Below are positions 38,345 to 53,670 of a stretch of DNA of 64,000 nt, piece after piece. Position 1 is the first letter of the stretch, and the number at the start of each line of letters is the position of its first letter. The DNA is from Octopus sinensis (lineage: Eukaryota), in the NCBI RefSeq assembly GCF_006345805.1, contig NC_043009.1, positions 3,720,001 through 3,784,000 of the forward strand, given 5' to 3'. The notes beneath the pieces are model-generated. The model was given only the letters and a program-made list of their open reading frames with translations, was not told the DNA's origin and ran no database searches. Both the position numbers and the translations under genes were made by a program.

Positions 38345-38720
38345 TTTTTTCACTTGTTTCAGCAATTTGACTGCGGCCATGTTGCAGCACCACTTTTAAT
38401 CGTGCAAATCTACCCCAGAACTCATTGTTTGTAAGCCTAGTATTTATTTTATCGGGGTCGTTTGCCGAATCGCTAGGTTACGGAGACGTAAACATACTAG
38501 CATCGGGTGTCAAGCGATTGTGTGTGTGTGGGGGTGGAACAAATACAAATACACACACACACACATAAATATATACATACGACGGGCTTCTTTCTGTTTC
38601 CGTCTACCAAATCCACTCACAAGGCTTTTGTCACCCCGAGGTTATAGAAGAAGACAGTTACCCACGGAGCCACGCAGTGGGACTGAACCCGGAACATTGT
38701 GGTTGGTAAGTAAGCTACTT
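38345..38720 (-). mobile_element. family B SINE (diverged)
   Basis: cttgtttcagcaatttgactgcggccatg ... gggactgaacccgg. Confidence 0.8.
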
Positions 38721-39350
38721 TTATTCATTAAATTTGCAATGTAGGCATCACATAGATAAGATAGCATTGCGGGCTAGACACAGACATTGATGAGGCGAAT
38801 GATTATGACACAAAAATGATAAAGATGGGAGAAGGCAGAAAGCACCCGCCGACCCTCTGCTTCTCTATAACATTGTTCTTTAAAACACATATACAGAGGT
38901 ATACAAGTTAAGATACAATATATTTGGACTAAAAAGTCCATATAAATATAAAACACAATTTATACACAAATTGGAGGCGATAAACCTCTACAATCTTTCC
39001 CCGAGTAATTTTCTTGCGACATGCAGGCATTCCGCAACCGCAATCCAGGGCTCCAAAAAAGAATTCTATATTTCTCGTTTTTACACGAGTCAATTATAAG
39101 ATCACATTACTTTCCTTCCAGCACCAGAGCAGCCACTCTGGTCTGCACTCACACAAAAAAACCCACACATGTTTATAGTGAAATCGATAAAAAGAGCATA
39201 CTAAACTTACTATGTGGATTGGCAAAATAAACATTTCGGCGAGAAAGCTTCTTCAGGGAGAAGATGCAAGAAAAGAATTAAAGAAACGACTGCTCAGTTT
39301 TAGATCCTCGAAAAACAGATAAAAAAACCTGGGTTTCAGGATAAAATGCT

Positions 39351-39351
<1 letters not shown>

Positions 39352-39420
<69 letters not shown>

Positions 39421-39450
39421 TCTCTCGGTCTCTCTCTCTCTCTCTCTCTC
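39352..39450. repeat. (CT)n microsatellite
   Basis: Directly visible. Confidence 0.95.
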
Positions 39451-40054
39451 ATGTTTTTTTCTCATATTTACTCAGGAGGACACTGCCCGAAACATTGAAT
39501 TTTCTAATCTTCACAGTAAGTTCACTGTACACTAATTTCTACCGATTTCACTAAACAATAGATGTCTCACTAACACCAGCTGTTTGACCTTGTATGCTTG
39601 TATATATATATATTTATCTATATCTATCTATCTAGTCTCTGAAGGGTGTCAAAATAGTAACGAATGTGAAGCACATTTCTACACATTTTCTACATGAAGC
39701 ACATTTCAGATAACAGAGTGTAGAATAAATTATCCCTAGGCAGAGATGACAAGATGCTTGCAGCTTAAATGATTATCATCATAAGTTTGATTCGACATAA
39801 CCAACTTGGGAAAATCAACAAGTCTCCAACATAAGTCTAAACAATTTCAGTTGATGTACAGCTTAAAAAAGCAAAAACAAGACAAGATGAACATCACTAG
39901 TGAAATGCTAATACATATTTAATAAAGAGGTGAATGACAGAGTCGGTATGGGTAGACATGAACCTGAGAGCAGGTGAATTTTCCAAGTAAATATTCTAAG
40001 CTTCTTAGGCCGGTACAGTATAATTACAGTCATTCTAGCATCTTATATTAATGT

Positions 40055-40569
40055 AAGTATATATATATATATATATATGCGTGTGTGTGTGTGTATGTGT
40101 GTGCTTGTGTATGTGTGTGTATGTGTGTATGTATGTATGGATGTATGTATATACATATATGTATAGATATGTCTGATTGTGTATGTGTCTATCTATGTGT
40201 GTGCATCTGTGTGCATGCATATATATATGTATATATATAGAGAGAGAGATAGATAGAGAGATAGATAGATAGATACATACATACATACATACATACATAC
40301 ATACATACATACATACATAGATATAGATATAGACATATAGATAGGCATATACGTTATATAGTATATGTAATATTTACATGTATAAACATATATATATATA
40401 TATATATATACATAAATATGTATATATACATGTGTGAGAGTGTATATGTGTGTATATATATGTATTATATATATGTATAAATATCTATCTATATCTATCT
40501 ATATCTATCTATCTCTCTTTCTCAGTATATATGTATATATATATAAGTGTATGTATATTTATATAAGTG

Positions 40570-40642
<73 letters not shown>

Positions 40643-41188
40643 ATATACATACACATACATACATACATATATATATATATATGTATGTATGTATGTATAA
40701 ATGCATTCATAGGAATAGATATTCATGTACATACTCATATTTATCTTTTTATGTGCGCGCAGACACACATACACACACCCCCACACACACCTACACACGC
40801 ACCCACACACATAATGTATATATGTCATATGTATATATTACAGGAAGCTAAGTCGATAATGGAATGTGTTTATGGGGATGTATCCCAGTGTGTGCGCGTA
40901 TGGCTGACTGTGTGTTTATAATTATGTACATAAAAAAAAAATCATCAAAAATATAATAATAGCTAAAACAAAGGAGAAAGTGGAAAGCATACTTATGCAT
41001 ACATAAAATTGTATTAATGACAAAATACTTCGAAAAAGAGGGGAAACATTCAGAAGGTAAATATAAGGAATAAAACGCGAAAAAAAGCAGGTAGATGAGA
41101 AAGACGGAGAAATATAGAACTGACAGAAATGCAGGTAATACAGGGACACACATTCGTATTCATACGCGCTCACGTAGTACACACACAT

Positions 41189-41232
<44 letters not shown>

Positions 41233-41313
41233 GGAGATAGATAGAGAGAGAGAGAGAGTGTAACTGTACTATTCCTAATATATATATATAATTTATATTC
41301 CTCATATGTGTAT

Positions 41314-41361
<48 letters not shown>

Positions 41362-41623
41362 ATATACATATATATATACATACATACATATGCATAGGCA
41401 TGGGGTGAGTATCTCTATACATATAGATACAGAGAGATACACGCACACACTGAACACACGCATGCGTAGACACAAACACACATATATACACATATATTGT
41501 GCATACACACAGATACACACATACACGTATATATATATATATATATGTTTCTATATATATGCATATATTACATACATATATAGATACATACACATGCACA
41601 CATATGTATGTATGTATGTATAC

Positions 41624-41679
<56 letters not shown>

Positions 41680-41991
41680 CATACATGTCTCTAAATAGAA
41701 AGATAATGAATGGGAAACGAAAAAAATACACACGTAAAGAAATAAGATAAAAATAATGTTGATTTGGAAGTGAAGGTTGTTGTGGAGTTGGTAATTTCAT
41801 TATATATTTGCCGTTCCTTTTAGTCTAATTGCTTCAACAAACACACCTGCTGTATATTCGAAATGATTGTTTGCGTTGGTTAGAGTCAAAGAGCAAATGC
41901 TGCGATCGTATTCACAATTAAACATACTTGCCCTGTGTTCGCACGTGAACGCTCCATCACGCACACAATCATACAGACATACAGACATACA

Positions 41992-42029
<38 letters not shown>

Positions 42030-42310
42030 AACACACACGCATTTACAAACGCATGATGTGTACACACAAAGACGTATATGGAGACATGGAGTCTTTCCCA
42101 TTCAGCAAACGCTTGCCGTGTGTTCCTTGCATACGAGTTTTATTTAACTATAAGACCTATTGTTTAAATATGCATATACACATACGACGATGCGCAGAAA
42201 CAAACACACGAAGGCCTATATTTATATACATACATACACACAACCCCACATACATATGTACTATATTATATTATATATATATAATACGTCTATATATTCA
42301 TATGCATGTG

Positions 42311-42364
<54 letters not shown>

Positions 42365-42386
42365 CACATTATATAGATATATATAC

Positions 42387-42438
<52 letters not shown>

Positions 42439-42604
42439 TGTGTATGTGTATACATGCACGCATATATATTTTCTTATACAACTTTCTATGTATACCTATT
42501 TTTATGTATGCGAATATGTCTCTGTGTGTATATGTCTATATATATATATACATACATACATATATATAATATATATATTATATTATTATATATATATATA
42601 TATA

Positions 42605-42665
<61 letters not shown>
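40055..42665. repeat. microsatellite-dense tract ((TA)n, (TG)n, (TACA)n, (TAGA)n)
   Basis: Directly visible. Accounts for the many Y/I/H/T-rich spurious ORFs. Confidence 0.9.
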
Positions 42666-42669
<4 letters not shown>

Positions 42670-43736
42670 CTAGTTTACTCAGAAACAGTGTGAAACCCAG
42701 AATAAACGTTATGCGGTAACTACAGCTATAAAAGACTATTTCGGAGAAAGTCAACAACAAATGGATCTCCACCTCTTCTTCACTTCGCACACAGAGAAAT
42801 AAAGTCGTTATCCTGACATATTTTTCGGATGTGACTGTTGTGATTTTAAATGCAAATTGGGAAATCGGTTCCTTGTCTTGTTATAAAAATAGTTATTTCG
42901 ACAGCGTTTCAACTAGATCGAACTTAACCGAACACCAGCCAAAGTAACACGGCTTCTTTTCCATTAGTGTCACATTTAAATTCGGTGAAGTTCAACCTAC
43001 ACATACTCTCTTATTCTGAGTCTTAAATTCCTGAATAAATCATCTAGTGGTGAAGATTCACAGAAAAGTGTGAGAAGAAAATATTTGCAGCACTCACTAT
43101 AAAGGCATTAACTCTTTGTGTTTGAACAGTTCTAAATAATTTTGGAAGGAAAAGTTTATATGTACGACAAGTAAGCTTTCATATTTCATGTAATAAAGCA
43201 CAGCCTGTTAAATACTTAGGAACTGAATTGGTAATGTTGTCAGCCAGCAATATATTCATATCTAGTTCGAGTCGGGTCAGTGTAGGCGCCGAGTAGTATT
43301 CTTTTCTATTTCAAAATATGTTTCATATCGAACATGTGGTGACCTCAGGTGGTTGTTGTTGAAAGTTAAGTTCATATTTTTTTCAAATTTCATTATTATT
43401 TCTTGAAATATTTTTTTTTTATATAATATTTTGCTTTTGTTATGGGTAACCGCCGTAAGCATTATTTCATTCTCTTTTGGATGGACGCCACGGCGTATCG
43501 CGCGACACAAATTAATTAAGCTAAATTCAACATCCACGAAGTTCCTTAATAAGCGGAGAATATAAAACATCGAAGACGTTCATATATTCCGTTAATTTTC
43601 CTTCTTAACTCTCTAACGATTTAGCTGTAGAGACAAAGAGAGGAGTTTCTTATATGTAGGTACTATAATTCCAAAGCAATTCTTCCAGGCAAGGAAATAT
43701 ATTTATTGTAGAAAATATATTTATCGCATTTAAATT

Positions 43737-43850
43737 TATAAATAAGGATATTTGTACGGTATTTATTCCCATGCTGGGAATAAATACCGTACAAAGGTAA
43801 TAATTATTTAAAACTATAAATTAGGGTATCTGAGAGATACCACCATGCTG
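43737..43850. repeat. AT-rich repeat with a perfect 21-bp hairpin; related pieces at 25246-25385 and 44366-44450
   Basis: tttgtacggtatttattccca-tgc-tgggaataaataccgtacaaa. The family shares ataaataaggata and aaaggtaataat...tagggtat. Confidence 0.55.
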
Positions 43851-44064
43851 AAATAGCAGTCAAAACCCTGACCCTAAAACCACCTTACATGTTCATATCA
43901 CGCCAGGGGAGAAGAGAGAGAGACAAAATAAAGTAGCAAAAAAGATTTTTCTGGATAATTCAAGATCCTGGATTTCTGACTTTGCATCAGAGAGCTCTGC
44001 CTTCGTCAGTTGAATATACCAGATAAGCACATAAATACAATATATAATATATATATATATAATA

Positions 44065-44097
<33 letters not shown>

Positions 44098-44136
44098 GAT
44101 ATATATATTATACGTATATATATATATTTATATATG

Positions 44137-44168
<32 letters not shown>

Positions 44169-44894
44169 AATATATATATATTATATATATAGATAGATAG
44201 ATAGATAGATAGATATACAGAACATACGTTATACTTACATATACGAGCGCGCATACATACATATATATGCACGTATGTACAAGACCAGCTTAATTTGCCC
44301 GCCAAACAGCTCCAAGCTCGATGTGGTCAAAATAAACACCGCAGTGAATACCATGACGAATTATATAAATTTATAAATAAGGATAATATCGATATTTAAA
44401 TATCGATCTTATCAAGTGGTTGACAATGAAATCTTCAGGGATGAACATGATTTCACAGAAATACACATATATAAATTTTAGAAGGAAAACAACTATTGGA
44501 TAAGGCAACAAAAACAATACTGTATACTTTTGAAATACAATATGACTCCCTTAGTGTCTAAGGGTATATTTTATAATGTAATGGCAAAAAGGAACAAAAT
44601 TGCTTAAAACTGATTGCATGTCAACTTCAGAAACAAGAAAATTGTGCAGAGTTCTGTTTACTCATGAAATACATCCTCATAACATTTTTCAATATTATTT
44701 GAAACTTTTAGAGACTTTGTGTGAATTTGTGTTCTACACAAAGGAATTCAGAAGACTGTGCGAAAAGTTATTTTTCTAATTTCTCGAAATTAAATTTCTT
44801 TTATATTTTTCGAATTTTTGTTTTTAACAGTCCGAATTTTAGATTTAAATCCCAGCAATAGACTATTAAATGTATTTATTGGGAGAACGATATT

Positions 44895-45498
44895 CTTTTC
44901 TACTGTGGTCACAAGACCAGAAATGTTTGTGTGTGGAGGGGGAGCAGTCGATTAGATCGACCCCAGTACGCAACTGGTACTTAATTTATCGAACCCGGAA
45001 GTCGACCTCGGTGGAATTTGAACTCAGAAGGTAAAGACAGACGAAATACCTTTAAGCATTTTGCCCTGCGTGCTAACGTTTCTTATTTCTTTATTGCCCA
45101 CAAGGGGCTAAACATAGCGGGGACAAACAACGACAGACGAAAGGATTAAGTCGATTACATCAACCCCAGTGCGTAACTGGGTGCTTTAATTTATCGCCCC
45201 CGAAAGGATGAGAGGAAAAGTCGACCTCGGCGGAATTTGAACTCACAATGTAGCGGCAGACGAAATACCTATTTCTTTACTGCCCACAAGGGGCCACACA
45301 CAGAGGGACAAACAAGGAAAGACAAACAGATTAAGTCAATTATAGCGATCCTAGTGCGTAGCTGGTACTTATTTAATCGACCCCGAAAGGATGAAAGGCT
45401 AAGTTGACCTCGGCGGAATATGAACTCACAAGGTAACGGCAGACAAAATTCTATAAGCATTTCGCTCGGTGCGCTAACGTTTCTGCCAGCTCGCCGCC
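44895..45498 (-). mobile_element. three tandem family A SINEs
   Basis: Three gtcgacctcgg...atttgaactca segments. Head ...ctgccagctcgccgcc at 45498. Confidence 0.85.
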
Positions 45499-46098
45499 TT
45501 TCTTGGGAGAAAATTATTGAAAAACATTCAACACGTCAGAGTGACAAACAAATGAGGACTGTAAGACATGGTCGTGGGATCTGCTAAAGATAACAGCTAA
45601 ATACGCCTTAAATTACAAAAATATTTTTTTTCGCATTCCTATCTACTACTATTTGTAGAACGCAAATTAGTAAAACTTTTCTGAAAATAACAAAAAAGAA
45701 AAGAAATGTAAAGGGGGTGGCTATATGTCGTGTGTAAAGCAGGATTTCTGCCGAAAATTGTTCGAGTCTTGAATGGCGGTTATCATCCTTCCCCCACCCC
45801 AACCAATATATTTCTAAGCAAATGTCGCCATTTTACATCGGTAAATTCGTTTCGAGATGCATCATTAATTAAGACTTCAAATAATTAAATATACACGCAA
45901 ACTCACACACACACACACTCACTCACACACAGACACACACACGCACGCACGCACGCACACACATACACGCACATACACATTCATACAGAACAAATATACA
46001 AATAAATATTCTGGCAGAAACATATATAACTGGGGGTAGATAATACAGTATGAAATAGAATGTCACCTGTAGTAATTTTACACGCCCTAATAAACATA

Positions 46099-46141
<43 letters not shown>

Positions 46142-46980
46142 ACATGTATGTATCTATAATTTGCTTATTTGTTTCCTTTTTTGCGGTTTTGTGTACAACT
46201 TTCTTCCTATGAATTTACTCCCTTTATCTCATCATTGCGCCCCCTTCTATCTATATTCAAATTCCTTGGACCATAAATCGTCAAATGTAGCACAAGATGT
46301 CATATTAAGATAATAGACTATATGAATGTTCACCTGTTTCAGTGTTTTCATTGTTGGTGGCTGATAGACCAAGTCTACTAAATTAATTTATGAGCATATT
46401 AAATGTTTTTAAGATGACAAACACTGTAAATCATATTCGGAAAGCCAAGAAAGGAATGCGATAATATATACACGTACACACACATAAATGCCGGCATATA
46501 TGTATACATAAATACATACACACTTACGCATATGCATACACTCTCACATAAATACACATATATTTGCTTGTATATAAGAAGTGTGTCCAAAAGTAATGTA
46601 AAACGAAAGCAACAAAAATTATTTCACTGTGAATGTATTATGAGGAAAGAAATCTACGTTTTGGACACTTGTCAGTTGTCATGATAGGTAAAAATGACGA
46701 AAGAAATAGAAATCACCAGAGTCGCAGATGATGCATGCAGGAATGGTAGAACGTATGTGAGAATATTTGGTGTTTTTCAACAGAAAAAGCAAACAGGTAC
46801 TATGGGAAATAAACCTGATAAGTGTTAGAGTGTGTTGTGAAGACACGTACATATGAACTATGTACGAGTCTTTTTAAGTATATGTATTTGAATGTACAAT
46901 CGATTGTAAATTTAATTGTTTGTGTAATATTGTATGCGAGTGTGAGATGAATAGCTAACGGTATGAATGAGTCATGATGA

Positions 46981-47208
46981 TGGCGAGCTGTCAGAAACGC
47001 TAGCACGCCGGGCGAAACGCGTAGCCGTATTTCGTCTGCCGTTACGTTCTGAGTTCAAATTCCGCCGAGGTCGACTTTGCCTTTCATCCTTTTGGGGTCG
47101 ATAAATTAAGTCCAGTTACGCACTGGGGTCGATGTAATCAACTTAATACGTTTGTCTGTCTTTGTTTGTCCCCTCTGTGTTTAGCCCCTTGTGGGTAATA
47201 AAGAAATA
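46981..47208 (+). mobile_element. family A SINE (full length)
   Basis: Close match to 9001-9231. Confidence 0.9.
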
Positions 47209-48159
47209 GCTATGAACAAGTCATGTTGATATCTGGTGATATAAACGAGGTGTGAATGTGATATTATGGTGGATAGATTTTGAGTTGTAAAAGCACTTCT
47301 GGGTCAAAGGTTTGGGAATGTTTCTGTGTGCATGTATTTTTGAGGGCTGATTTAACGGAAAGCAATTAAACTATTGACACTGGATAGGATACATATGTTC
47401 AAGCGGTAGATTACCTGTTGATTTCGACTAAGCCGAGAAACGGGAGTTTCATGGTTTTGCATGATTTCAAAAGCAGCTTCAGCGATATTAAAGTAGGAAT
47501 TGTAGCAGAAATTAGTGACGGACTACAGGATTGAGAAACACGGTTTTGTTGTCTCTGAAGCGCAGAAAACTTTTCATGAAACTGTGAAACAGTCTCTGAC
47601 CAATTTTCCCTTTGTAGACAACGCTTGAAACATCGCTTTGATACAGATGATTATCTTTCTCTCTCAGCGGCGCTCTTTCTCTTTAACAGCTGTCTTCCAC
47701 ACGTCCTCTTGGGATATTTCCTCTCTCATGATTTTCAATACTTCTATTATGCCTACTTGATACTTTGACACTCTAAGTTTATTGCCAATAATGTTTCAGT
47801 TTTCCTTGTGGCAAACCAATATATTACTTATGAAATTTCTTATACACTTTTATAGATTACGTCTCTGAAACTGATCCAAGTTGCATAATTTCTGTACATG
47901 AAATGGTGATTTTAGTCTTTGAATTAAAGTTAGGAACTGATATAAGCAGTGGTATCGATATTAGAGGTCTTCATAAGCAAGGCATCTCCAAAGAATGCTT
48001 ATGCACATTTAATGATTATATAATTAGTATTTATTAAAATGCATTTACTTTTACGTTTTTAAATTTGATAGAATCAACAGACAGAATTTTTGAACGTCTG
48101 CTGATGACCGTTCTAGATTAGTCAGTGTTGCTAATGCGAAGCAATCGTCGAAAACGTTA

Positions 48160-49075
48160 CTTAAGCTCATCCACGTGCAATGACCAACATCAATGCGTCG
48201 TCAGTCGTCGCTTTTGTACTGTAAACTTTATTTCTTAAGTGATTCCATAAAAATATCTAGTGACGTGAGGTCCAGTGGACTGCTTTACCGTTTAGCAAAA
48301 TCTCATGAAGGACTTTATAATGTTATGGCAGTATGAGCGCGTCCTATCCTGCTGAAAATAAGACTCCTCATCTCCAAAGTCCTCTTGAATGCTTTGCATA
48401 ATAGATTGTCACGAGTTCAAGTACATGGTAACCGTCACAGTGCCATCAAGAGAGAAATGTCCAATTAATCCTTTTGGTGGCATGCAGAACCATACTGTTA
48501 CATGAAGTTCCTCTGTAATATGTGGACTCTTGAGTACCAAATGAGAGCAATTATGGCGGTTAATTGAACCATTCTGTCCAGTACCATCAATCCAGACAAT
48601 AGTTATCTGAAAATGTGCATCTTCTACACATCTTGCTGAGTACCACTCGCAAAACCCCTCTCTCTTGAGCCTGCATCCTCTTTATTGAGAACAAAGACTA
48701 TTCTTAGAATGTGCAATAAAGCGATAAACGCTTGATTTCGCAATCCGTGTTTCACGACTGACAACAGAGATTCTCTTGGACACTGGCGATACGTTTCGAG
48801 TACCCTTTCTTGCGTTATCGTGTTCTTCGAAGACCAAGATCTCTCAGAAATTTCCTTGTCGATGTTCCATAACAGTTCTGTCTGTTCCACACTTACATCT
48901 ACTTAGTGACGTGGTGCATTGTATGAGGTACATCGATTTGAAATTACCACCTCGTCTGTCTGTGCTCTTCGGTTTCATTTTCAAACTTCCTCTTCCTGCA
49001 GCAATTTCGGAGAAATCTCTTTTGTCAAAGCTTATTCTGGTTCACTTCATTCTTTCTAATGCGGGTAAAACTGGA
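48160..49075 (-). pseudogene. degenerate Tc1/mariner-superfamily transposase
   Basis: Minus frames: IVWIDG..NGSINRHNC...KSPHITEE, SYFQQDRT (FQQDGA-like), DLTSLDIFLWNHLRNKVYSTK (SPDL.PLDFFLW..LK.KVY). Many disruptions. Confidence 0.7.
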
Positions 49076-49238
49076 CAGAAATGGAAAGTGAGTTATCAAG
49101 TGTTCAGGTATATATATATGTCTGTGTGTGTGTGTGTGTATGTATATATACATATACATACATACATACGTACATACACATATACCTACATACCTACATA
49201 CATACATACACACCTACATACATACATACATACATACA

Positions 49239-49272
<34 letters not shown>

Positions 49273-50210
49273 CATACATACATACATACATACTTATTGA
49301 TCCCCACCCTCAACCCGACAATTAACAGACGACCAGAGTTGAGCCGGTGGCTCTTATGAAAATATAACGGCAATTGCGACAAACACCATAAAATGCGCAG
49401 CCACCACCAACAGCAACAATACCAACACAAAAACCACCATAAGCACTACGTGGATATACGTCGCAATAACTAACGATGGCAGAGTTTCCTACACCAGTTG
49501 GAAGTTTGTGTACATCAAAAGCTGGAGAATTGATTACATCAATAATTGGAGAGTCACTACTACTGCTATTAACATAATGCTGTTACATTATCCAACAAAT
49601 GTTGAGTTACCTACAGCAAAACTGTTGGATATTTGTTTACAACAACGCTTGGAGAATCTATTACTACAACATTTGGAGAGTGACTGCTACTGTTAACATA
49701 ACGTTGAGGAATTTGAATATACATGCATATATAGGTACAGGCGTCAAAAAAAAAAGACGTGAACCAAATGAGAAACGAGAACATATAAACAAAAGCATGG
49801 AAAATGAACTTTGATTCAAACAACGAAAGAAATAAATAGAGAAAGGAGACAGTCAACATAAAGAACAATCCCTTCCACCTGTTGTCCTCTGTTTTATCTT
49901 CTCTGCGTTTGGGTGGTAGGGACAAGGCGCGACTTCGTTAAAACAGTCCTTCCCGCAAAGCAAATTAAATAAAACTTGGGTTTTCTGCGGACAGTAAGAT
50001 CAAACCAGTAAAAACAAACGGTGAGGTATGTTAAACCATAACGAGGTGAAGTGGTTAACACTGGAAAAACGAGCTTCGAGAAGAGAGAGGTAAAAGTACG
50101 TCTTGAAGGAAGTGGAAGAAAGAAAGATCGATGTTGGTCACGTGTGAGCAACGAGAGAGTCAAGGATTAAGAGTGAGAGAGAGAGAGAGAGAGGGATGCA
50201 TATATATATG

Positions 50211-50245
<35 letters not shown>

Positions 50246-50449
50246 ATGTATATATATATGTATATATATCAGAAAACAAATGACAAAGAATTAAACGATT
50301 ATCTTTGGAACTTGATTACCTTGCAGCTGTTTCCGCAACAAGATGCCGTGGACTTGAACGCCTGAGTAGCACATCATGCTCGCACAAGAACCTCACACAT
50401 GTGAAACGGCTGCAAGATAATCGGTTAATTTTTTGTCGTCTGTTTTCTG

Positions 50450-50480
<31 letters not shown>

Positions 50481-50873
50481 TCCCTCTCTCTCGTGCGCGC
50501 ACGCACATCCACATCCACATATATATGTATATGTATGTATGTATGCATGTATGTATGTATGTATGTGTGAATACCCATAAACTTATAGATATATCCACGA
50601 GCACAGAAATATATGAGTGTGGGTGGGAGTAGGCGTTCAGTAACACATCAATAACTGTATGCACGAAGGTGTTGGTGGTTTTCATTTGGCAAAACAAAAT
50701 TAGAGGAAATTCAAGACATACCTTCGGTTCATTGTTGTTTGACAAATGTTTCTTGCGAAAAATAGGAAAAGGCGTCTACCGTAACTCTGTCATTTATTTT
50801 AAATCTATTGTTCACTTACATTCGTGATTAAATACATGGAAGTTTGTATTAAATATCTGAAGGTATTCATCCA

Positions 50874-50925
<52 letters not shown>

Positions 50926-50931
<6 letters not shown>

Positions 50932-51200
50932 TGTACATTAAAACACATTAAGAGGCTTTCAAATAGGAAAGCCTTGTGCTAGAAGGAGCAGTAGATAACT
51001 CAAACAACTAATTATATTTTTTTACTGAAATTAGTCAGGAACCATGGTCTAGGAACTAAATTAGATGGTAAACGACGTTTCTAATTTTCATTCCTTTCGA
51101 GAGTTTATCCCTAATTAGTGGTTTGAGTTTTTTACTGCTCTTTCTAGCACAAGGCTTTCCTATTTGGAAGCCTCTTAATATGTTTTAATGTACACGATAT
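50926..51200. mobile_element. foldback element (~88-bp arms, ~100-bp spacer)
   Basis: atcgtgtacattaaaacacattaagaggctttcaaataggaaagccttgtgctagaa... and its reverse complement ending tgtacacgatat. The left flank is (TA)n. Confidence 0.65.
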
Positions 51201-51344
51201 TTTTTGTGTGAATAATATAGTCTGTTGACTAATTTTTTTGTGCTAGGCCACAAGTAAAAATCAGTTCTATAATTCTTCTTACCCTAATATTATTTATTAT
51301 GTTTATATATATATATATATATATATATATGGATGTGTGTGTTC

Positions 51345-51375
<31 letters not shown>

Positions 51376-51634
51376 AGGAAGAAATAACATTAATATAGGA
51401 TTGCCTTAATTATAAACGATCATCAGACCGCTTAGAGGCATATTAATACAAATGCACACTTGGACACAAGCAGAAACATAGAAACAGACACACGGAAACA
51501 CACACGCTCAGATATGCGAAATAACAACTGGAATTAAGCTACTTAACTGGAAAAAATAATCGAGATTACATGGCTGATTGTAATTGTGATATTACATATT
51601 TTTATATATACGTATGTATATGCTGTCTATGTGC

Positions 51635-51713
<79 letters not shown>

Positions 51714-51939
51714 TATAATATATATATACATATAATATAAGAGAAATTGTAGAAGGAACCACCTATCAAAAAAAATTCCATTGTATAATTTAAAGCACAC
51801 AGCAAAATATACATACAAATTCATAAAGAAATGACTAAAATTACCTGAAAAAAGTTATATGTAAAATCTCTGCATCATCTACGTTGGGTTCAGGTAGCGA
51901 ATGGAGAAGTGACAAATAAAGAGATTTCATAAAAGCATT

Positions 51940-52140
51940 AAACAATTGCAGCGTGGAAGGTGTTTGTAAGCCATTTAAGAAACACACAAAAGCTGCAGCA
52001 TGGATTTTTGTCAGTGAACAGGTCGCGGATTTTAGCGACGAAAATATTTTGACAAATTAAACTTAAATGTTGAAGTGAATCGAACGGCTTTTGTGTGTTT
52101 CTTAAATGGCTTACAAACACCTTCCACGCTGCAATTGTTT
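51940..52140. mobile_element. MITE-like element with perfect 54-bp inverted repeats
   Basis: 51940-51993 and 52087-52140 are exact reverse complements. Confidence 0.75.
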
Positions 52141-53243
52141 TCGTTTCAGCACACGATCTCAGATCAAATCACTTGCTATGCGAGTACATCTCCGTAAATA
52201 AAAGCATTAATTATATACAAAAGTGAAAATGAAGATGTTGACTACCACTTCTAGCAATTCTGTAGATTTAGGAAAATTAGTCCTATTAGATATCCTTAGC
52301 ACTATTCTACCACAATTTAAATGGTTTAGCTCGAGAAACCATACACAATATAATAATTCTGAAAATCACAATATAGCCAGTAATTTTAAATCTAGAATAT
52401 GTGAGATTCTCTGGTTCGCCCTCCTTTCTCACTCACAGTTAAAAATTTACCTAAACTTTAAAATTCTACAATCAAATTTCCCTAAACACCATAAATATTA
52501 TACCATATATGAATTTATATGTATATTTATATGTATATTTATATGTATATTTATATTGTTGAGTGCTTTAAATTATGCTTTGTAATTTGTATTGAATACC
52601 TAGATGTGTTCCTTCTATAATTTCTCCTATCGTTCGACTTAGTTCGCAATGAGCATTTCTTAATACAGCTCATAATGTGAAGTGTACTTAAAAGCATACT
52701 TTATAAGAAACTTTAAGTTTATAAATATATATAACTATATAATAATATATCATTATAATATACATATTTCGATTTAAAGCGAAATTTATATATAAACAAT
52801 AGACTGAAATTTGATGAGATAACCTAGGCCTGAATCGAACACACAAATCAGCGCTTACAAGGCTTCTTGCGCATCCGCAATTAGTAATACTACACAAATA
52901 TGCACGGGGTATACATACTTGTTTATAAAATGAACTTAAAATGTATGAATATAATCCCTGTAGGAGAACATGTAAGTCTATGGGCAATGTCACCCTCTAC
53001 TACATCCAGGAATTAAAAAGTTTTAAAAAGGAATAAAATAATTATACAGAAAGGATGTCGAATTAAATAAAATCATTAGATGATCATGGCCGGAACGTTC
53101 TAAATCATAGATCTCCTATATCATGTCTGACATAGTACAAAACAACAACAACAACCACATCAATAAACGCGATAACAGCAACAACAAAGACAACAAAAGT
53201 AAACTATTCTATTCTGACAAAAATACCATTGCTGATATTTTAA

Positions 53244-53293
<50 letters not shown>

Positions 53294-53338
53294 CATTATT
53301 ATTATTATTATCATCATCATATATTATTATTATTATTA

Positions 53339-53370
<32 letters not shown>

Positions 53371-53395
53371 GTTATTATTATTATAATTATTATTG

Positions 53396-53434
<39 letters not shown>

Positions 53435-53489
53435 TTATTATCATCATCATCATATCATCATCAATAATAATAAGAAGAAGAAACAGAAG

Positions 53490-53520
<31 letters not shown>

Positions 53521-53670
53521 GGATGATGGTGGTGGTGGTGGTGGTGGTGGTGGGGTGGTGGTGGTGGTGGTGGTGGTGATGATGATGATGATGATGGTGG
53601 TGATGATGATAACGATGATGATGATGATTATAACAATAGCAAGAAGAAGAAGAAGAAGAAGAAGAAGAAA
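53244..53670. repeat. compound (TTA)n/(TCA)n/(GAT)n/(GGT)n/(GAA)n microsatellite
   Basis: Directly visible. Confidence 0.95.

Noticed and set aside
40922-42693. Long ORFs (e.g. 292 aa at 40922-41800, 177 aa at 42160-42693) and similar Y/I/H/T-, L- or E-rich ORFs throughout
   Set aside because: They are translations of (TA)n, (CA)n, (TACA)n, (TAA)n and (GAA)n microsatellites, which lack stops in some frames. No domain motifs.
47555-47610. ctgaagc-gcag...ctgt-gaaacagtc
   Set aside because: A9 is substituted and the flanks are direct rather than complementary, so stem I cannot form.
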